A stretch of 64,000 nucleotides of DNA from an uncultured delta proteobacterium (GCA_963816395.1 CAWFKQ010000006.1:287231-351230); one strand, 5' to 3'; shown: positions 1 to 11,874, numbered from the stretch's first letter. The notes: generated by a model from the letters alone, not told the origin. Translations and numbers: made by a program.

Positions 1-357
1 GCGCGTCGACGATTACGCCGCCGCCGAGGTGAGCATCGAGGAAGTTTTCGCCGGGATCGCCGAAACCGGGAGCATCGTCTGCGCCAGCGTCGAGGGGCGG
101 GCGGTGCAGTCCAGCCTCCTCCCTGCCCGCCAGGTGGCCATCCTGCCGGCGGGCAAAGATTTTCTCTTCCCTGGATGACTTCTTCGCCGCCCAGACGCGT
201 CCCGCCCACCAACCTCACCCTCATCACCGGCCCGAGCCGCACCGCCGACATCGAGCTGACCCTGGCCATCGGTGTGCATGGCCCGAAGCAGCTCGACATC
301 ATCGTCGTCACAGGCAGTGAGAAGGGAGATAGGGAAGCAGCTAGGAAAACCGTGTGA
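1..357 (+). CDS. LUD-domain protein (LutC/YkgG family), 5'-partial, frameshifted
   Basis: C-terminal motif ITGPSRTADIELTLAIGVHGP is typical of LutC/YkgG. Confidence 0.8.
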   Translation, partial: ARRRLRRRRGEHRGSFRRDRRNREHRLRQRRGAGGAVQPPPCPPGGHPAGGQRFSLPWMTSSPPRRVPPTNLTLITGPSRTADIELTLAIGVHGPKQLDIIVVTGSEKGDREAARKTV

Positions 358-362
358 TCCCC

Positions 363-479
363 AGGCTGAGCAAAAATGCCCAGATGCAAGGTGCCCGAAA
401 TCCTGAGGATAAGGCGTACTGAAGGTACGTCGTTGACGAAGGATGATGGCAACGCCGCAGATGGCTTTTTCATCAGCCT
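363..479. mobile_element. MITE-like ~117-bp element with terminal inverted repeats
   Basis: Ends AGGCTGAGCAAAAA (363) and TTTTTCATCAGCCT (479) match 12/14 as inverted repeats; no coding capacity; lies between convergent genes. Confidence 0.55.
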
Positions 480-1769
480 CCGTACCAGTCGGAACGCATC
501 AGGGGCAGCCGGCACTGCCCCTTGTCGGGCTTGACCAGCAGCGCCTGGTAGAGGTTCAGCCGGCCGGTCTGGAAGCCGTAGGCTGAACCCGCCATGTACA
601 GCCGCCAGATGCGGTAGGTGACCTCGTTGGTCAGCCGGCAGGCCTCCCGGTAATTGGCTTCGAGGCGCCGCACCCAGTGCCGCAAGGTCATTGCGTAGTG
701 CTCGCGCAGGCTCTCCAGATCGCGCGTTTCGAAGCCGCAGTCCTCGGCGGTGCGCAGGACGGTGGCGATGGGCAGCAGTTCGCCGTCCGGGAAAACATAC
801 TTGTCGATGAAGGAAGGACCCGGCGGGTCCGGAATGATGGGGCTCTGCGTAATGCCATGATTGAGGAAAACCCCGCCGTGGCGCAGCAGCCGCCAGGTCC
901 GGGCGAAGTATTCCGGCAGCTTCTTCTCTCCGACATGTTCGAACATCCCGACGCTGACCACCTTGTCGAACCGTTCTTCCCCCTCCAGGTCACGGTAATC
1001 CCGCACCTCCACCCGGCAGCAGTCGGCCAGGCCGGCCTGCCGCAGGCGTTCGTTGGCGAGCTCGGCCTGTGGCTCGCTGAGGGTGATCCCCAGCGCCTTC
1101 ACCCCGTAATGCCGCGCTGCATGAGTGACCAACCCGCCCCAGCCGCAGCCGATGTCGAGCAGGTGCTCTCCCGCGCTGCAGGCGCAGCTTGCGGCAGAGA
1201 TAATCGAGCTTCCGCTCCTGTGCCGTATCGAGGTCCTCGCCGGAGGCGGCGAAATAGGCGCAGGAATAGGCCATACGCTCATCGAGCCAGAGGCGATAGA
1301 AATCGTTGGAGACATTGTAGTGATAGGTGACCGCCTGCGCATCGCGGCTTTTGGAATGGGCGGCCCCCTTCAGTCGGGTTCCCCGATGCTCCCGGGCTTC
1401 GGGCCGGCGGCCCGGCAGGCCGAGAAGGAATTTCCCCAGCCGCAGCTTCTCAATCAGGCGCGGACTATGGTCGAAAAAATAGTCCCCCAGGGCAAAGGCC
1501 GCCTCGATATCCCCCTCGATATCGTAATCGTCGAAAATGTAGGCCTCGCCCAGGGTGAGCTGGTTGGCGGGAAGAAACATCTTCCGCAGCGCCCCGGGAT
1601 GTCTGATCACCAGGGTATAGGCGGCTTCGCCGGGGGCGGCGCCCCAGGTGCTGCCCTCCCAGAGACGGACGGCGCATTCACGGGGGAAAGCGTTCCCCAG
1701 CAGAGCCTGGAAAAAGGCCAGGGCATCCCTGACCGTCGGGTCCTGAACGGTGGCGGCAAGCGTCGGCAT
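473..1769 (-). CDS. cfa: Cyclopropane-fatty-acyl-phospholipid synthase family SAM methyltransferase (frameshift near 1170)
   Basis: YHYNVSNDFYRLWLD..MAYSCAYF, LLDIGCGWGG, VSVGMFEHVG, FIDKYVFPDG motifs across two frames. Confidence 0.9.
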
Positions 1770-1906
1770 TTTCTCCTCCCTTGGAATCACATGCTGAAGT
1801 CATTAAATTAATAAAACATTTTTTTGTTCTTCGCAACATTTCGCGCCATTTTTACAGCCCGGCGTACGGTGATAAGCTGATGTCAAAGACCAGAAAGGAG
1901 GCCCAG

Positions 1907-2509
1907 ATGCCAACGAAATGGGAAGTTTCCGGAACCTACTTCGAGACCTGCGACTGCGAGGCGGCCTGCCCCTGCGTTTTTCTGAGCCCGCCGACGACCG
2001 GGGAATGCACGGTCCTGATCGGCTGGCATATCGACCAGGGACAATTCGGGGAAACGCCGCTGCAGGGACTCAATGTCGCCATGGCGGTGCACTCACCCGG
2101 CAATATGGTGGAGGTGAAATGGCAGGTTGCCCTGTATCTGGATGAGAGAGCCGACGAGCAGCAGCGGGACGCCTTGACCAGAATCTTTTCCGGGCAGGCG
2201 GGGGGACATCCCGCCGTGCTGGCTGGTCACGTCGGTGAAATTCTCGGGGTCAAAAGCGTGCGGATCGATTACCTGGCGGAAGGGAAGCGCCGCCGTCTGC
2301 GCATCCCCGACATAGTGGAAGCGGAAATAGAAGGGCTGAGCGGCCAGAACGAGGCTGCGGTGACCATCAACAATCATCCGCTTGCCATCTCCCCCGGCTA
2401 CCCGGCAACGGTGGCTCGATCACAGCGGCTGACCTATGCCGATCACGGTTTCAGCCTGGAGATTTCCGGAAAGAACGGATTTTATTCCCCGTTCGCTTAC
2501 CGGGGATAG
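1907..2509 (+). CDS. DUF1326 domain protein
   Basis: W.VSGTYFETCDCEAACPC N-terminus; AAGGAGG RBS upstream; adjacent to DUF2182. Confidence 0.8.
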   Translation: MPTKWEVSGTYFETCDCEAACPCVFLSPPTTGECTVLIGWHIDQGQFGETPLQGLNVAMAVHSPGNMVEVKWQVALYLDERADEQQRDALTRIFSGQAGGHPAVLAGHVGEILGVKSVRIDYLAEGKRRRLRIPDIVEAEIEGLSGQNEAAVTINNHPLAISPGYPATVARSQRLTYADHGFSLEISGKNGFYSPFAYRG

Positions 2510-2518
2510 CCACAGAGC

Positions 2519-3271
2519 ATGGAAACCGTCCTGGCGCGTGATCGGAAGATCGTCATCGCCGGCCTGGCTGTCATCTGTGTGATGGCGTGGCTGTATCTTT
2601 TTTACCTGGCGAGCGGGATGCGGCCGGAGATGGGGAGGGAAATGGCCGGGCCGTCCATGCAGGCCTGGGGGGCGCCGGACCTGCTGTTTCTTTTCTTTAT
2701 GTGGACGGTCATGATGGCGGGCATGATGATCCCCTCGGCCTCACCCATGACCGTCCTGTATGCCGGCACCTGCCGCCAGCGCCGGCAGGCTTCGCCGCTG
2801 CTGCCCACTGCCGTTTTCGTGCTGGGCTACCTGGCGGTCTGGACCGCCTTCAGCGCGGCGGCGACCCTGAGCCAGTGGGGCCTGCATGCCGCCGCCCTGC
2901 TGTCGCCCATGATGCGCAGCACCAGTTCCCTGCTGGGCGGCGCACTGCTCATCGCCGCCGGGATTTTCCAGTGGACTCCCCTGAAATACCGGTGCCTGTC
3001 CCGCTGCCGATCGCCCCTTGGCTTTCTTCTGAACGAATGGCGCGATGGCACCTGCGGCGCCTTCGTCATGGGGCTGCGGCACGGACTCTTCTGCCTCGGC
3101 TGCTGCTGGGCCCTGATGGGGCTGCTTTTCGTCACCGGCGTGATGAACCTGCTGTGGGTGGCCGCCATCGCCTTCTTCGTGCTGGTGGAAAAGGTCGCCC
3201 CCGGGGGGAAATGGGTGAGCCGCGGCGCCGGCGGGGTGCTGGTGGTTTGGGGGATCTGGCTGATGCTGTAA
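2519..3271 (+). CDS. DUF2182 predicted metal-binding integral membrane protein
   Basis: MWTVMMAGMMIPS, FQWTPLKYRCLSRCRSP, GLFCLGCCWALM, LVEK motifs. Confidence 0.85.
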   Translation: METVLARDRKIVIAGLAVICVMAWLYLFYLASGMRPEMGREMAGPSMQAWGAPDLLFLFFMWTVMMAGMMIPSASPMTVLYAGTCRQRRQASPLLPTAVFVLGYLAVWTAFSAAATLSQWGLHAAALLSPMMRSTSSLLGGALLIAAGIFQWTPLKYRCLSRCRSPLGFLLNEWRDGTCGAFVMGLRHGLFCLGCCWALMGLLFVTGVMNLLWVAAIAFFVLVEKVAPGGKWVSRGAGGVLVVWGIWLML

Positions 3272-3354
3272 CCGGCGAGGGAAATCTTCTTCTCTCCGCC
3301 GGCGACCGGCTATAGAATGACCCTGCAGTTCATGACCTGGACAGGAGGCAAGGC

Positions 3355-4002
3355 GTGACGATCACCGAACCGGCGACCCTCGCCACCGACTACCTGCTGG
3401 CGATGGCGACTCTCTTTTTTGCGGGCGGACTCGCCTGCCGCGCCCGCGGGGAAGGAAAAACATCGGTGCGCCTGTGGGCCGCCGCTTTTCTGGCCTCGGC
3501 GATGGCGGCGCTCCTCGGCGGCACCTTCCATGGCTTCCGGCTGCATTTCGGTCCGCTGGCGGCGGCGGTCCTGTGGAAGGGGACGGTGTACGCCGTCGGC
3601 CTGGCCGGCCTGCTCCTGCTGGCCGGAACGATTCGCGCTGTAATAGCCGGCCGCTGGCGGCGGCTGCTGCTGACCGCCGCCGTTCTCGAGTTCCTTTTCT
3701 ATGCCGCCTGGATGGCGGTACACGACGATTTCCGTTACGTCATCTATGATTACGCCCCGGCGCTGCTGGCGGTTCTGCTCCTGGCGCTCTGGAGCTGGCT
3801 GCGGCGCCGCGACCCCGCCGCGCCGGCCATCGTTGCCGGCATTCTCCTCTCCTTCGCCGCCGCCGGCATCCAGGCCGGCCGGGTGGATCTGCACCCCCGC
3901 TTCAACCACAACGACCTCTACCATCTGGTGCAGCTGGCCGCCTTCTACCTCCTGTACCGCGGCGGTCGGCGGCTGACCGACCGCCGGGAGCCGGAAAAAT
4001 AA
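3355..4002 (+). CDS. Multi-pass membrane protein (DUF6962-like)
   Basis: EPATLATDY N-terminus, GGTFHG, FNHNDLYH C-terminal motif; hydrophobic segments. Confidence 0.65.
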   Translation: MTITEPATLATDYLLAMATLFFAGGLACRARGEGKTSVRLWAAAFLASAMAALLGGTFHGFRLHFGPLAAAVLWKGTVYAVGLAGLLLLAGTIRAVIAGRWRRLLLTAAVLEFLFYAAWMAVHDDFRYVIYDYAPALLAVLLLALWSWLRRRDPAAPAIVAGILLSFAAAGIQAGRVDLHPRFNHNDLYHLVQLAAFYLLYRGGRRLTDRREPEK

Positions 4003-4109
4003 AACATAACGGCAATTGGCCACGACTAACACGGATAGACACGGAGAAACCAAGCAGTGTCCGGCTAGAAGATTGCAGCATCTCGACAGGGCTTAAAACC
4101 AGCGCCTTG

Positions 4110-4192
4110 CACCCTCCCCCAACCCCTCCCATCGAAGGGAGGGGAGCTTTAAATCACCTCTCCCCTTGTGGGAGAGGGCTAGGGAGAGGGGG
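4110..4192. repeat. Inverted doublet of REP-like G/C hairpins (same family as 33.5-34.4 kb)
   Basis: CACCCTCCCCCAACCCCTCCC-ATCGAA-GGGAGGGGAG on + (4110-4146) and CCCCCTCTCCCTAGCCCTCTCCC-ACAA-GGGGAGAGG on - (4157-4192). Confidence 0.75.
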
Positions 4193-4253
4193 CCGTTGCT
4201 GACTGCAAATACTTAACCGATTGATTTTTTCTTTCTTGACTTGAAATCCATGT

Positions 4254-4286
4254 AAAAAAACGGGGAAGGCCGGAAGCCTTCCCCGT
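4254..4286 (-). terminator. Rho-independent terminator of the minus-strand operon ending in DUF480
   Basis: Minus strand ACGGGGAAGGC-TTCCG-GCCTTCCCCG followed by T7. Confidence 0.8.
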
Positions 4287-4310
4287 CTGCCATCCCGCTG
4301 GAGGATGGCC

Positions 4311-4967
4311 CTACTCGAAGCTGCCCTTGAACTCCGCCAGTTCCCGCCGCAGGGCGGCCACTTCCTCGCGCAGAGACGCCACCTCCGTTTCCAGCTGCAC
4401 GATCCGCTCATCTTCCGCCTGCACCCGCCGGCGGGCGGCCTCGGCCGGCGGGGCCGACTCCTCGCTTTCGGCTGCCGGCTCACCGGCCAGCAGGTGGGCG
4501 TAGCGGGACTCCTTGCGCCCCGGCTGGCGGGGGAGCTGGGTGACCAGGGGCGGCTGATGGTCGGTCAATTCGCGCAGGGTTTCTTCGACGGCGGGCAGAT
4601 CGGCGAAAGGATGCATGCGGCCGGCGCGGGTGCGCAGCTCTCCCAGCGTCTGCGGCCCGCGCAACAGCAGTTCGGCCAGGACCGCCAGTTCAGGCGGATC
4701 CAGGTGCAGCTTGGCCGCCAGGGCGTGGCAGTATTTCGCGACCCTTCCCCCTTCGGCGGAGTGCATGGCCAGCCCCTGGAAACGCAGGGAATCGAGAGCC
4801 CGGACGACCTCCGTCTCCGCCAGTTCCATGACCGGATCGCGGTTCGACTTCTGGTTGCAGGCGGTGGTCAGGGAGTTGAGGGAGAGAGGGTAGTACTCCG
4901 GCGTGGCCAGTTCCTTCTCCACCAGACAGCCGAGCACGCGCACTTCGATGTCGTTGAGAGTCGTCAT
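4311..4967 (-). CDS. YceH/DUF480 family protein
   Basis: EVRVLGCLVEKELATPEYYPLSLNSLTTACNQKSNRDPVM; LLLRGPQTLGELR; coiled-coil tail. Confidence 0.9.
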   Translation of the reverse strand: MTTLNDIEVRVLGCLVEKELATPEYYPLSLNSLTTACNQKSNRDPVMELAETEVVRALDSLRFQGLAMHSAEGGRVAKYCHALAAKLHLDPPELAVLAELLLRGPQTLGELRTRAGRMHPFADLPAVEETLRELTDHQPPLVTQLPRQPGRKESRYAHLLAGEPAAESEESAPPAEAARRRVQAEDERIVQLETEVASLREEVAALRRELAEFKGSFE

Positions 4968-5036
4968 GGGCCTATAATTGGTTTTGGTTATGTTTTGCCG
5001 CGTCCCGCATTCCGCGCTCCGCGTCCCGGATTTAAA

Positions 5037-5921
5037 TCAATCCCGGTACCGCTTCAGCAGCTCCCCATAGGCATCGATGCGCCGGTCGCGCAGAAATGGC
5101 CAGATCCGGCGCACCGCCTCGCTGCGGCCGAGGTCGATTTCGGTGATCAGCACCTCTTCCTCCTGATGGGCGGCGATCGCCAGCATCTCCCCCTGCGGGC
5201 CGGCGGCGAAGCTGTGTCCCCAGAAATCGGCGCCCGGGCCGCCGGCCGGGTCCGGCTCGTGGCCGACCCGGTTGGCGGCGAGCACCGGCAGGCCGTTGGC
5301 CACCGCGTGCGCCCGCTGGCTGATGAGCCAGGCCTGCAGCTGCCGCTCCTTTTCCGCCGCGTCGTCGCGCGGGTCCCAGCCGATGGCGGTGGGATAGATG
5401 AGCAGTTCCGCCCCGGCCATGGCCATCAGCCGGGCCGGCCTCCGGATACCACTGGTCCCAGCAGACCAGCACCCCCAGCCGGCCGACGGAGGTGTCGATG
5501 GGGGTGAAGCCGAGATCCCCGGGGGTGAAATAGAACTTCTCGTAATAACCGGGGTCGTCGGGGATATGCATCTTGCGGTAGCGGCCGGCGATGGCGCCGT
5601 CCTTCTCCAGGACCACGGCGGTGTTGTGGTAAAGGCCGGGCGCCCGGCGCTCGAAGAGGGAGATGACGAGCACCACCCCCAGCTCCCGGGCCAGGGCGCC
5701 GAAGGCCTCGGTCGACGGCCCCGGGATCGTCTCCGCCTGGTCGAAGCAGCCGGTATCCTCGCTCTGGCAGAAATACCGGCCGGCGTGCAGCTCCTGCAGG
5801 ACGACCAGCTGCGCCCCCCTGGACGCGGCCCGGCGGATCGCCTCCAGGCTCCGCCGACATTCTCCTCGCGTTCGGTCGTGCAGCGCTGCTGCACCAGGCC
5901 GATGGTCAGTGTCGAATTCAT
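5037..5921 (-). CDS. aguB: Carbon-nitrogen hydrolase, N-carbamoylputrescine amidase (frameshifted)
   Basis: YRKMHIPDDPGYYEKFYF, VCWDQWYPE, IWPFLRDRR; adjacent to agmatine deiminase. Confidence 0.85.
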   Translation of the reverse strand: MNSTLTIGLVQQRCTTEREENVGGAWRRSAGPRPGGRSWSSCRSCTPAGISARARIPAASTRRRRSRGRRPRPSAPWPGSWGWCSSSPSSSAGRPAFTTTPPWSWRRTAPSPAATARCISPTTPVITRSSISPPGISASPPSTPPSAGWGCWSAGTSGIRRPARLMAMAGAELLIYPTAIGWDPRDDAAEKERQLQAWLISQRAHAVANGLPVLAANRVGHEPDPAGGPGADFWGHSFAAGPQGEMLAIAAHQEEEVLITEIDLGRSEAVRRIWPFLRDRRIDAYGELLKRYRD

Positions 5922-6021
5922 GTGATTTCCTTTAAGGGCGTAATGTGTAAATTGTGATGAGTAATATGTGAATATTTTGCATTTGAGGTGTTCACAAATT
6001 ACTTATTACTCATTACGAATT

Positions 6022-7047
6022 TTATGGCAAGACTCCCTTCGGCAGCTGCATGGTGACGCAGTGCAGCGAACCGTGCTGCAGGATCAGGGGGGAACAATCG
6101 ATACCGATGATAGCACGATCGGCAAACGCCTGCCCGATCGCCGCCAGCGCCGCCGCATCCTTCTCGTCGCCATAAGTGGGGACCAGCACCGCGCCGTTGA
6201 TCACCAGGTAATTGGCGTAGGTGGCGGGAAGTCGCTGCCCTTCCTCGTCGAATTGCGCCTGCGGCCAGGGGAGGGGAAGCAGCCGGTACGGCTTCCCTGC
6301 GCGGGTGCGCAGCCGCTCCAGCTCCACCGCCATGCAGGCGAGCGCCCCGTAGTGCTCGTCCCGGCGATCGTCGCAGGCGACGTAAAGGATGGTGTCGTCG
6401 GGGGCGAGGCGGGCCAGGGTATCGATGTGCGAGTCGGTGTCGTCGCCGGCCAGAAAACCGTGCTCCAGCCAGAGGACGCGCTCCGCCCCGAGCAGGGTCG
6501 ACAGCTCCCGCTCGAGCGCCTGCCGGTCGAGATGCGGATTGCGGTTGCGGCTGAGCAGGCACTCGGCGGTGGTGAGGAGCGTTCCCCGGCCGTCGCTCTC
6601 GATGCTCCCCCCCTCCAGAATCAGCCCCGGGCTCTCCAGCCGCAGCTCGCGAAAGGCGCCGGCCTCCGCCAGGCCGCGAGTGATCTGATTGTCGAGGGCG
6701 GCCGCGAACTTGAGGCCCCAGCCGTTGAAGCCGAAATCGAGGAGCACCGGCTCCCCGTCCTCAAAGACGGTGATCGGCCCGAAATCCCGCGCCCAGGTGT
6801 CGTTGCTGGGGAGTTCGAAGACCGCCACCCGCGCCAGGTCGGCGCCGGCCGCCTGCAGCCGGTCGATTACCCGCCGGCGCTCCGGAGCGACGACGAGCAC
6901 CCGCTGGAAGCGGCTGATCTGCCGGGCGATCTCGGTAAAAACCGGCTCCACCTGCTCCAGGCAGGGCAGCCAGTCGCTTTTTTCATGCGGCCAGGCGAGC
7001 AGGACGCCATCCTGCTCCTCCCATTCGGCCGGCAGTCTTCGGCTCAT
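6022..7047 (-). CDS. aguA: Agmatine deiminase family protein
   Basis: RLPAEWE, DTWARDFGP, LEGGSIESDG, DTDSHID, QHGSLHCVTMQ. Confidence 0.9.
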   Translation of the reverse strand: MSRRLPAEWEEQDGVLLAWPHEKSDWLPCLEQVEPVFTEIARQISRFQRVLVVAPERRRVIDRLQAAGADLARVAVFELPSNDTWARDFGPITVFEDGEPVLLDFGFNGWGLKFAAALDNQITRGLAEAGAFRELRLESPGLILEGGSIESDGRGTLLTTAECLLSRNRNPHLDRQALERELSTLLGAERVLWLEHGFLAGDDTDSHIDTLARLAPDDTILYVACDDRRDEHYGALACMAVELERLRTRAGKPYRLLPLPWPQAQFDEEGQRLPATYANYLVINGAVLVPTYGDEKDAAALAAIGQAFADRAIIGIDCSPLILQHGSLHCVTMQLPKGVLP

Positions 7048-7128
7048 CGTTGATTCCTTCCGAATGCAATGCAGCAGAAAATCGTATAAAAACTCGCCGC
7101 CGAATGCAATCCTCAATTCCCCCGCCCA

Positions 7129-7230
7129 ACCCCCCCGCCCTTCGGGCACCCCCCCTGTTTCACAAGGGGGCTGGAGCAGTATCCCTCCTGGTTGCAGGGG
7201 GAAGGCTTGCGCAGCGAGACAGAGGGGTGA
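7129..7230. repeat. Second REP-like hairpin doublet
   Basis: ACCCCCCCGCCCTTCGGGCACCCCCCCT..AAGGGGG facing TCCCTCCT..AGGGGGA..AGAGGGGTG in an intergenic position. Confidence 0.45.
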
Positions 7231-7253
7231 TCAACCCATTCCTGCTATCAGAA

Positions 7254-8436
7254 TCACTCCTGGCCACGACAACTTCGCGGGGGGAGCGGGTGAAGGCGAG
7301 GGCGGCCGGGGCCAGGGCCAGCAGCAGGACCCCGGCCAGCAGCAGGAAGGTCGGGCGCAGGCCGGCGGTGTCGGCCAGCTTGCCGACGGCCGGTCCGCTG
7401 CAGACGAAGAAGAGGCGGAAGACCAGGGATTTCAGGGAGAGGATGCTCGCCCGGTTGTCCCGGCTGCCGCCCTGCTGCAGGCGGTGGCGCAGCATCGGCC
7501 CCTGCAGGCCGCGCAGGGCGGTGAGCAGATAGTAGAAGAGGAAACTCCACAGGCCGCCGGCCAGGCCCAGGCCGAGATAGCCGGCGGCGGTGAGGAGCAG
7601 GAAGAGCACGGTCATGCCCCGCTCCCCCAGGTGGAAGGCGAAGCGGTGGCTGAGCAGGGAGAACAGGGCGACGGTCAGGTTCGCCCCGGCCCACACCGGG
7701 CCGAACCAGGCGAGGGGGACGCCCGACTGCTGCATGTAGGGCTGGATCAGCCAGACCGGGTAGAAGGAGACCAGGCCGAGCAGGGAGGAGAAGAAGATCA
7801 CCGTGCGCAGCTGCCGGTTCTCCAGCAAAAGCATAGCGGCAGGTCTGCCAGGCCTCGGCCAGGTGCGAGCGGGGCGGCGCGGCTTCCCGCGGCGCCTCCA
7901 CCAGCGACCAGCTGAGGCCGAGCCCGGCGGCCCATACGCCGATCTGGATGACGAAGGGCAGCAGCGGCCAGGCGGCATACATCACCCCGGCGAACAGCGC
8001 GCCGGCCGCCTCTCCGGCCTGGGCGCAGCCGGTCATGCGCCCGTCGAAGCGGGCGTATTCCTCCTCCTTCCCCTCCTGGCGCAGGCTCTCGAAGAGCAGG
8101 GCGGCATCGGAGCCGCTGATGAAGGCCATGGAGATGCCCGAGCAGGACCTCGGCGACCAGCACGTCGGCGAAGGAATTGGCGATGGTGTACCAGCTCCAG
8201 CCGGCAAGCCCCAGGAGGGAAGCGAAGGTGAGGGCGAAGCGGTAGCCGAAGCGGTCGCTGAGGTAGCCGGAAGGGTATTCCATCAGCAGGGTGGCCAGGG
8301 AGAAGATCCCCTGCAGCAGCAGGATCTGCGCCAGGGTCAGGCCGATGTGATCCTTCCAGAAGAGGGTGATGATGGCCATCGGGAAAAGGGCCATCTTGAG
8401 GAAGGAGAAGGCGTAGAGTTTGGAGATATTGGTCAA
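7254..8436 (-). CDS. MFS transporter (frameshifted; 3' end uncertain)
   Basis: EYPSGYLSDRFGYR MFS motif A, FISGSDAALLFESL, RASILSLKS; many TM segments. Confidence 0.8.
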
Positions 8437-8549
8437 GGGAAGGCTAGCGGACCAGGCTAGAGGCAAGGGTGAACGGCATAAGGCCAGGGCTGAGGCAGAG
8501 GAATGCCTCTGCTTTCCTGTAGTCCCTAGCCTCTGCCTCCAGCCTGAAT

Positions 8550-8761
8550 TCATGCCCAATGAATGCAGGCGACGGGGCAGTTGTCCATCGCCTCTTCGAT
8601 CTTCGCCTCGGGAGCGCCGGTGGGGTTGTAGACGGTCGATTTGTGGTCGTGACCGTGGCCGCCGCCTCCTTCTCCTCCATGCGGAAAACCTCCGGGCAGA
8701 TCTGGGTACAGAGTTCGCATCCGATACAGACGTCCTGGTCGACGGCGGGGATTCGGGGCAT
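8550..8761 (-). CDS. Small single-cluster ferredoxin (one frameshift)
   Basis: CIGCELC..ICPEVF ... AMDNCPVACIHW after joining two frames. Confidence 0.85.
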
Positions 8762-8924
8762 AGAGGGGATCCTTTCCGGAGTGGGTTGGCAGCAGACATA
8801 TTAGCAGCTTGCTTTCTCTTTGGCCATCCCCAACGAATCGTTGCCATATGTTTAATGAAATAATATCCTTGGCGAATGCAATTCGGGGTAAGCCGTAGTT
8901 CCGGAGTGGTTCCGAGGAGAAGTA

Positions 8925-10410
8925 GTGGGTAAAGCGCTGGGGCTGAGGGCGGAAATTGTCATCCAGCTGATTCTGCTGTTCGGGGCGGCGCTCCTGCTCG
9001 GCGGTTTTCTGCTGCTGAAACTGACTGAGCGAGAGTTGCTGGAACAGCGGGCGACCAGTCTGGCGGCCACCATGGAAATCCTTGGTCGGGCCTATGGGGC
9101 TGCCCGGCCCGGCAGCCCAACCGGCCTGCCGCCGCTGCTCCAGGCGCTGCCGGCGACCTCGCCCCTGGACGGTTGGTGTCTGGTGGACCGCGACCTGGCG
9201 CCCTTGGACGGGAAACTGCAACCGGTGCGCGCCGAGTTCAGCCGGGCACGGTTTCAGCCCGCGCCGACCATGCGCCTTCATTACCTCCCCCAGGTACTCC
9301 CCTTCGGGTCGGCACGGGCCGACGATTATCTCCTGGTGACGATGCCCCTGCTCGCCCAGGGGGAATTCACCGGCGGCCTGCAGGCCCGCTTCACTTTGGC
9401 GGATGTCCGCCAGCGGATGGCTTCGGCACGCCGATTGGTGTTCATTTATGCGTTCCTGTACGGGGCAGTTCTGACCGCGGCCGGCGCCTGGCTCCTGCAT
9501 CGAGCCGTGGTCCGGCCGCTCCAGCGCCTGCTGGTTCTGACCGGCCGGGTCAGCGGCGGCGATCTGGAACAGATGGAACCGGAAGCCGGGCCCCGGGAAA
9601 TCGCCGAGCTTGTCGTTCTCGTTCAATCGCATGCTGCAGGCCCTGCGCCACAGCCGTCACGAAACCGAAACCCATATCCGCTCCCTGCAGGAAGCCAACG
9701 CCGTACTCAGTCAAACCCGCAGCGAACTGATCCGCTCGGAAAAGATGGCTTCGGTTGGCCATCTGGCTGCCGGCATGGCGCATGAGATCGGCAATCCCCT
9801 GGGCGCCCTGATGGGCTATCTGGGCCTGCTGCGGGCCGAGCTGCCACCCGGCCGGCAGCAGGAAATCGCCGGCCGCGGTCTCGGCGAGGCCGAGCGCATC
9901 GAACGCCTGGTCCGCGAGTTGCTCGATTATGCCTCCCCTGCGGCGGACGCGGTCGAGCGGCTCGATCCGGGCGCGGTTCTGACCGAGGCGGCAGAGATGC
10001 TGGCCACCCAGGGGGCACTCGCCGAGCGCCGACTGAACAATGCGCTGCCGTCGGCATTGCCGACCGTCTGGGCCGCGCGCCACAAACTGCTGCAGGTTTT
10101 CGTCAATCTTCTGCTGAATGCTCGCGATGCCGGCGACAGCCGGAGCAGGTGCTGTCCGGGCTTTCCGGTGGTGCCGAACGAGGGTCGGATCTGGTCTCCG
10201 TCACTGACGCCGGCAGCGGCATCGACCCGCAGCAGCTGCCCCACATTTTCGACCCCTTCTTCACCACCAAGCCGCCGGGAAAAGGGCGCGGGCTGGGGCT
10301 GTCGGTCTGCCACCGGATCATCGAGGAGGCCGGCGGCCGGATCGAGGTCCGGTCGGCTCCGGGAGAGGGAAGCACCTTCACCGTCTGGCTGCGGCAAGCG
10401 GAGGCCGAAG

Positions 10411-10421
<11 letters not shown>
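8925..10421 (+). CDS. HAMP-domain sensor histidine kinase (frameshifted)
   Basis: Two TM segments, HAMP, SEKMASVGHLAAGMAHEIGNPL H-box, [21 protein letters not shown]. Confidence 0.9.
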
Positions 10422-11772
<1,351 letters not shown>

Positions 11773-11793
11773 GGAGCAAAAATAGGCGGTATG

Positions 11794-11810
11794 CATGCAA
11801 AGTTTGCATG
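11794..11810. promoter_or_regulatory. Perfect palindrome, candidate enhancer (UAS) for the adjacent sigma54 activator
   Basis: CATGCAAA-G-TTTGCATG about 65 bp upstream of a -24/-12 promoter. Confidence 0.5.
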
Positions 11811-11874
11811 GACACTCATTGCCCTGCTGAGATGGTCAGCCGATTGGATCAGCATGTAGCAGTGTTTAGGATTT

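Noticed and set aside
4305..7915. Long plus-strand ORFs antisense to DUF480, aguB, aguA and the MFS gene (and similar shadow ORFs over pilB, pilR, wzm and GT9)
   Set aside because: Typical stop-poor shadow frames in high-GC DNA; no recognisable motifs, and the opposite strand carries clear genes.
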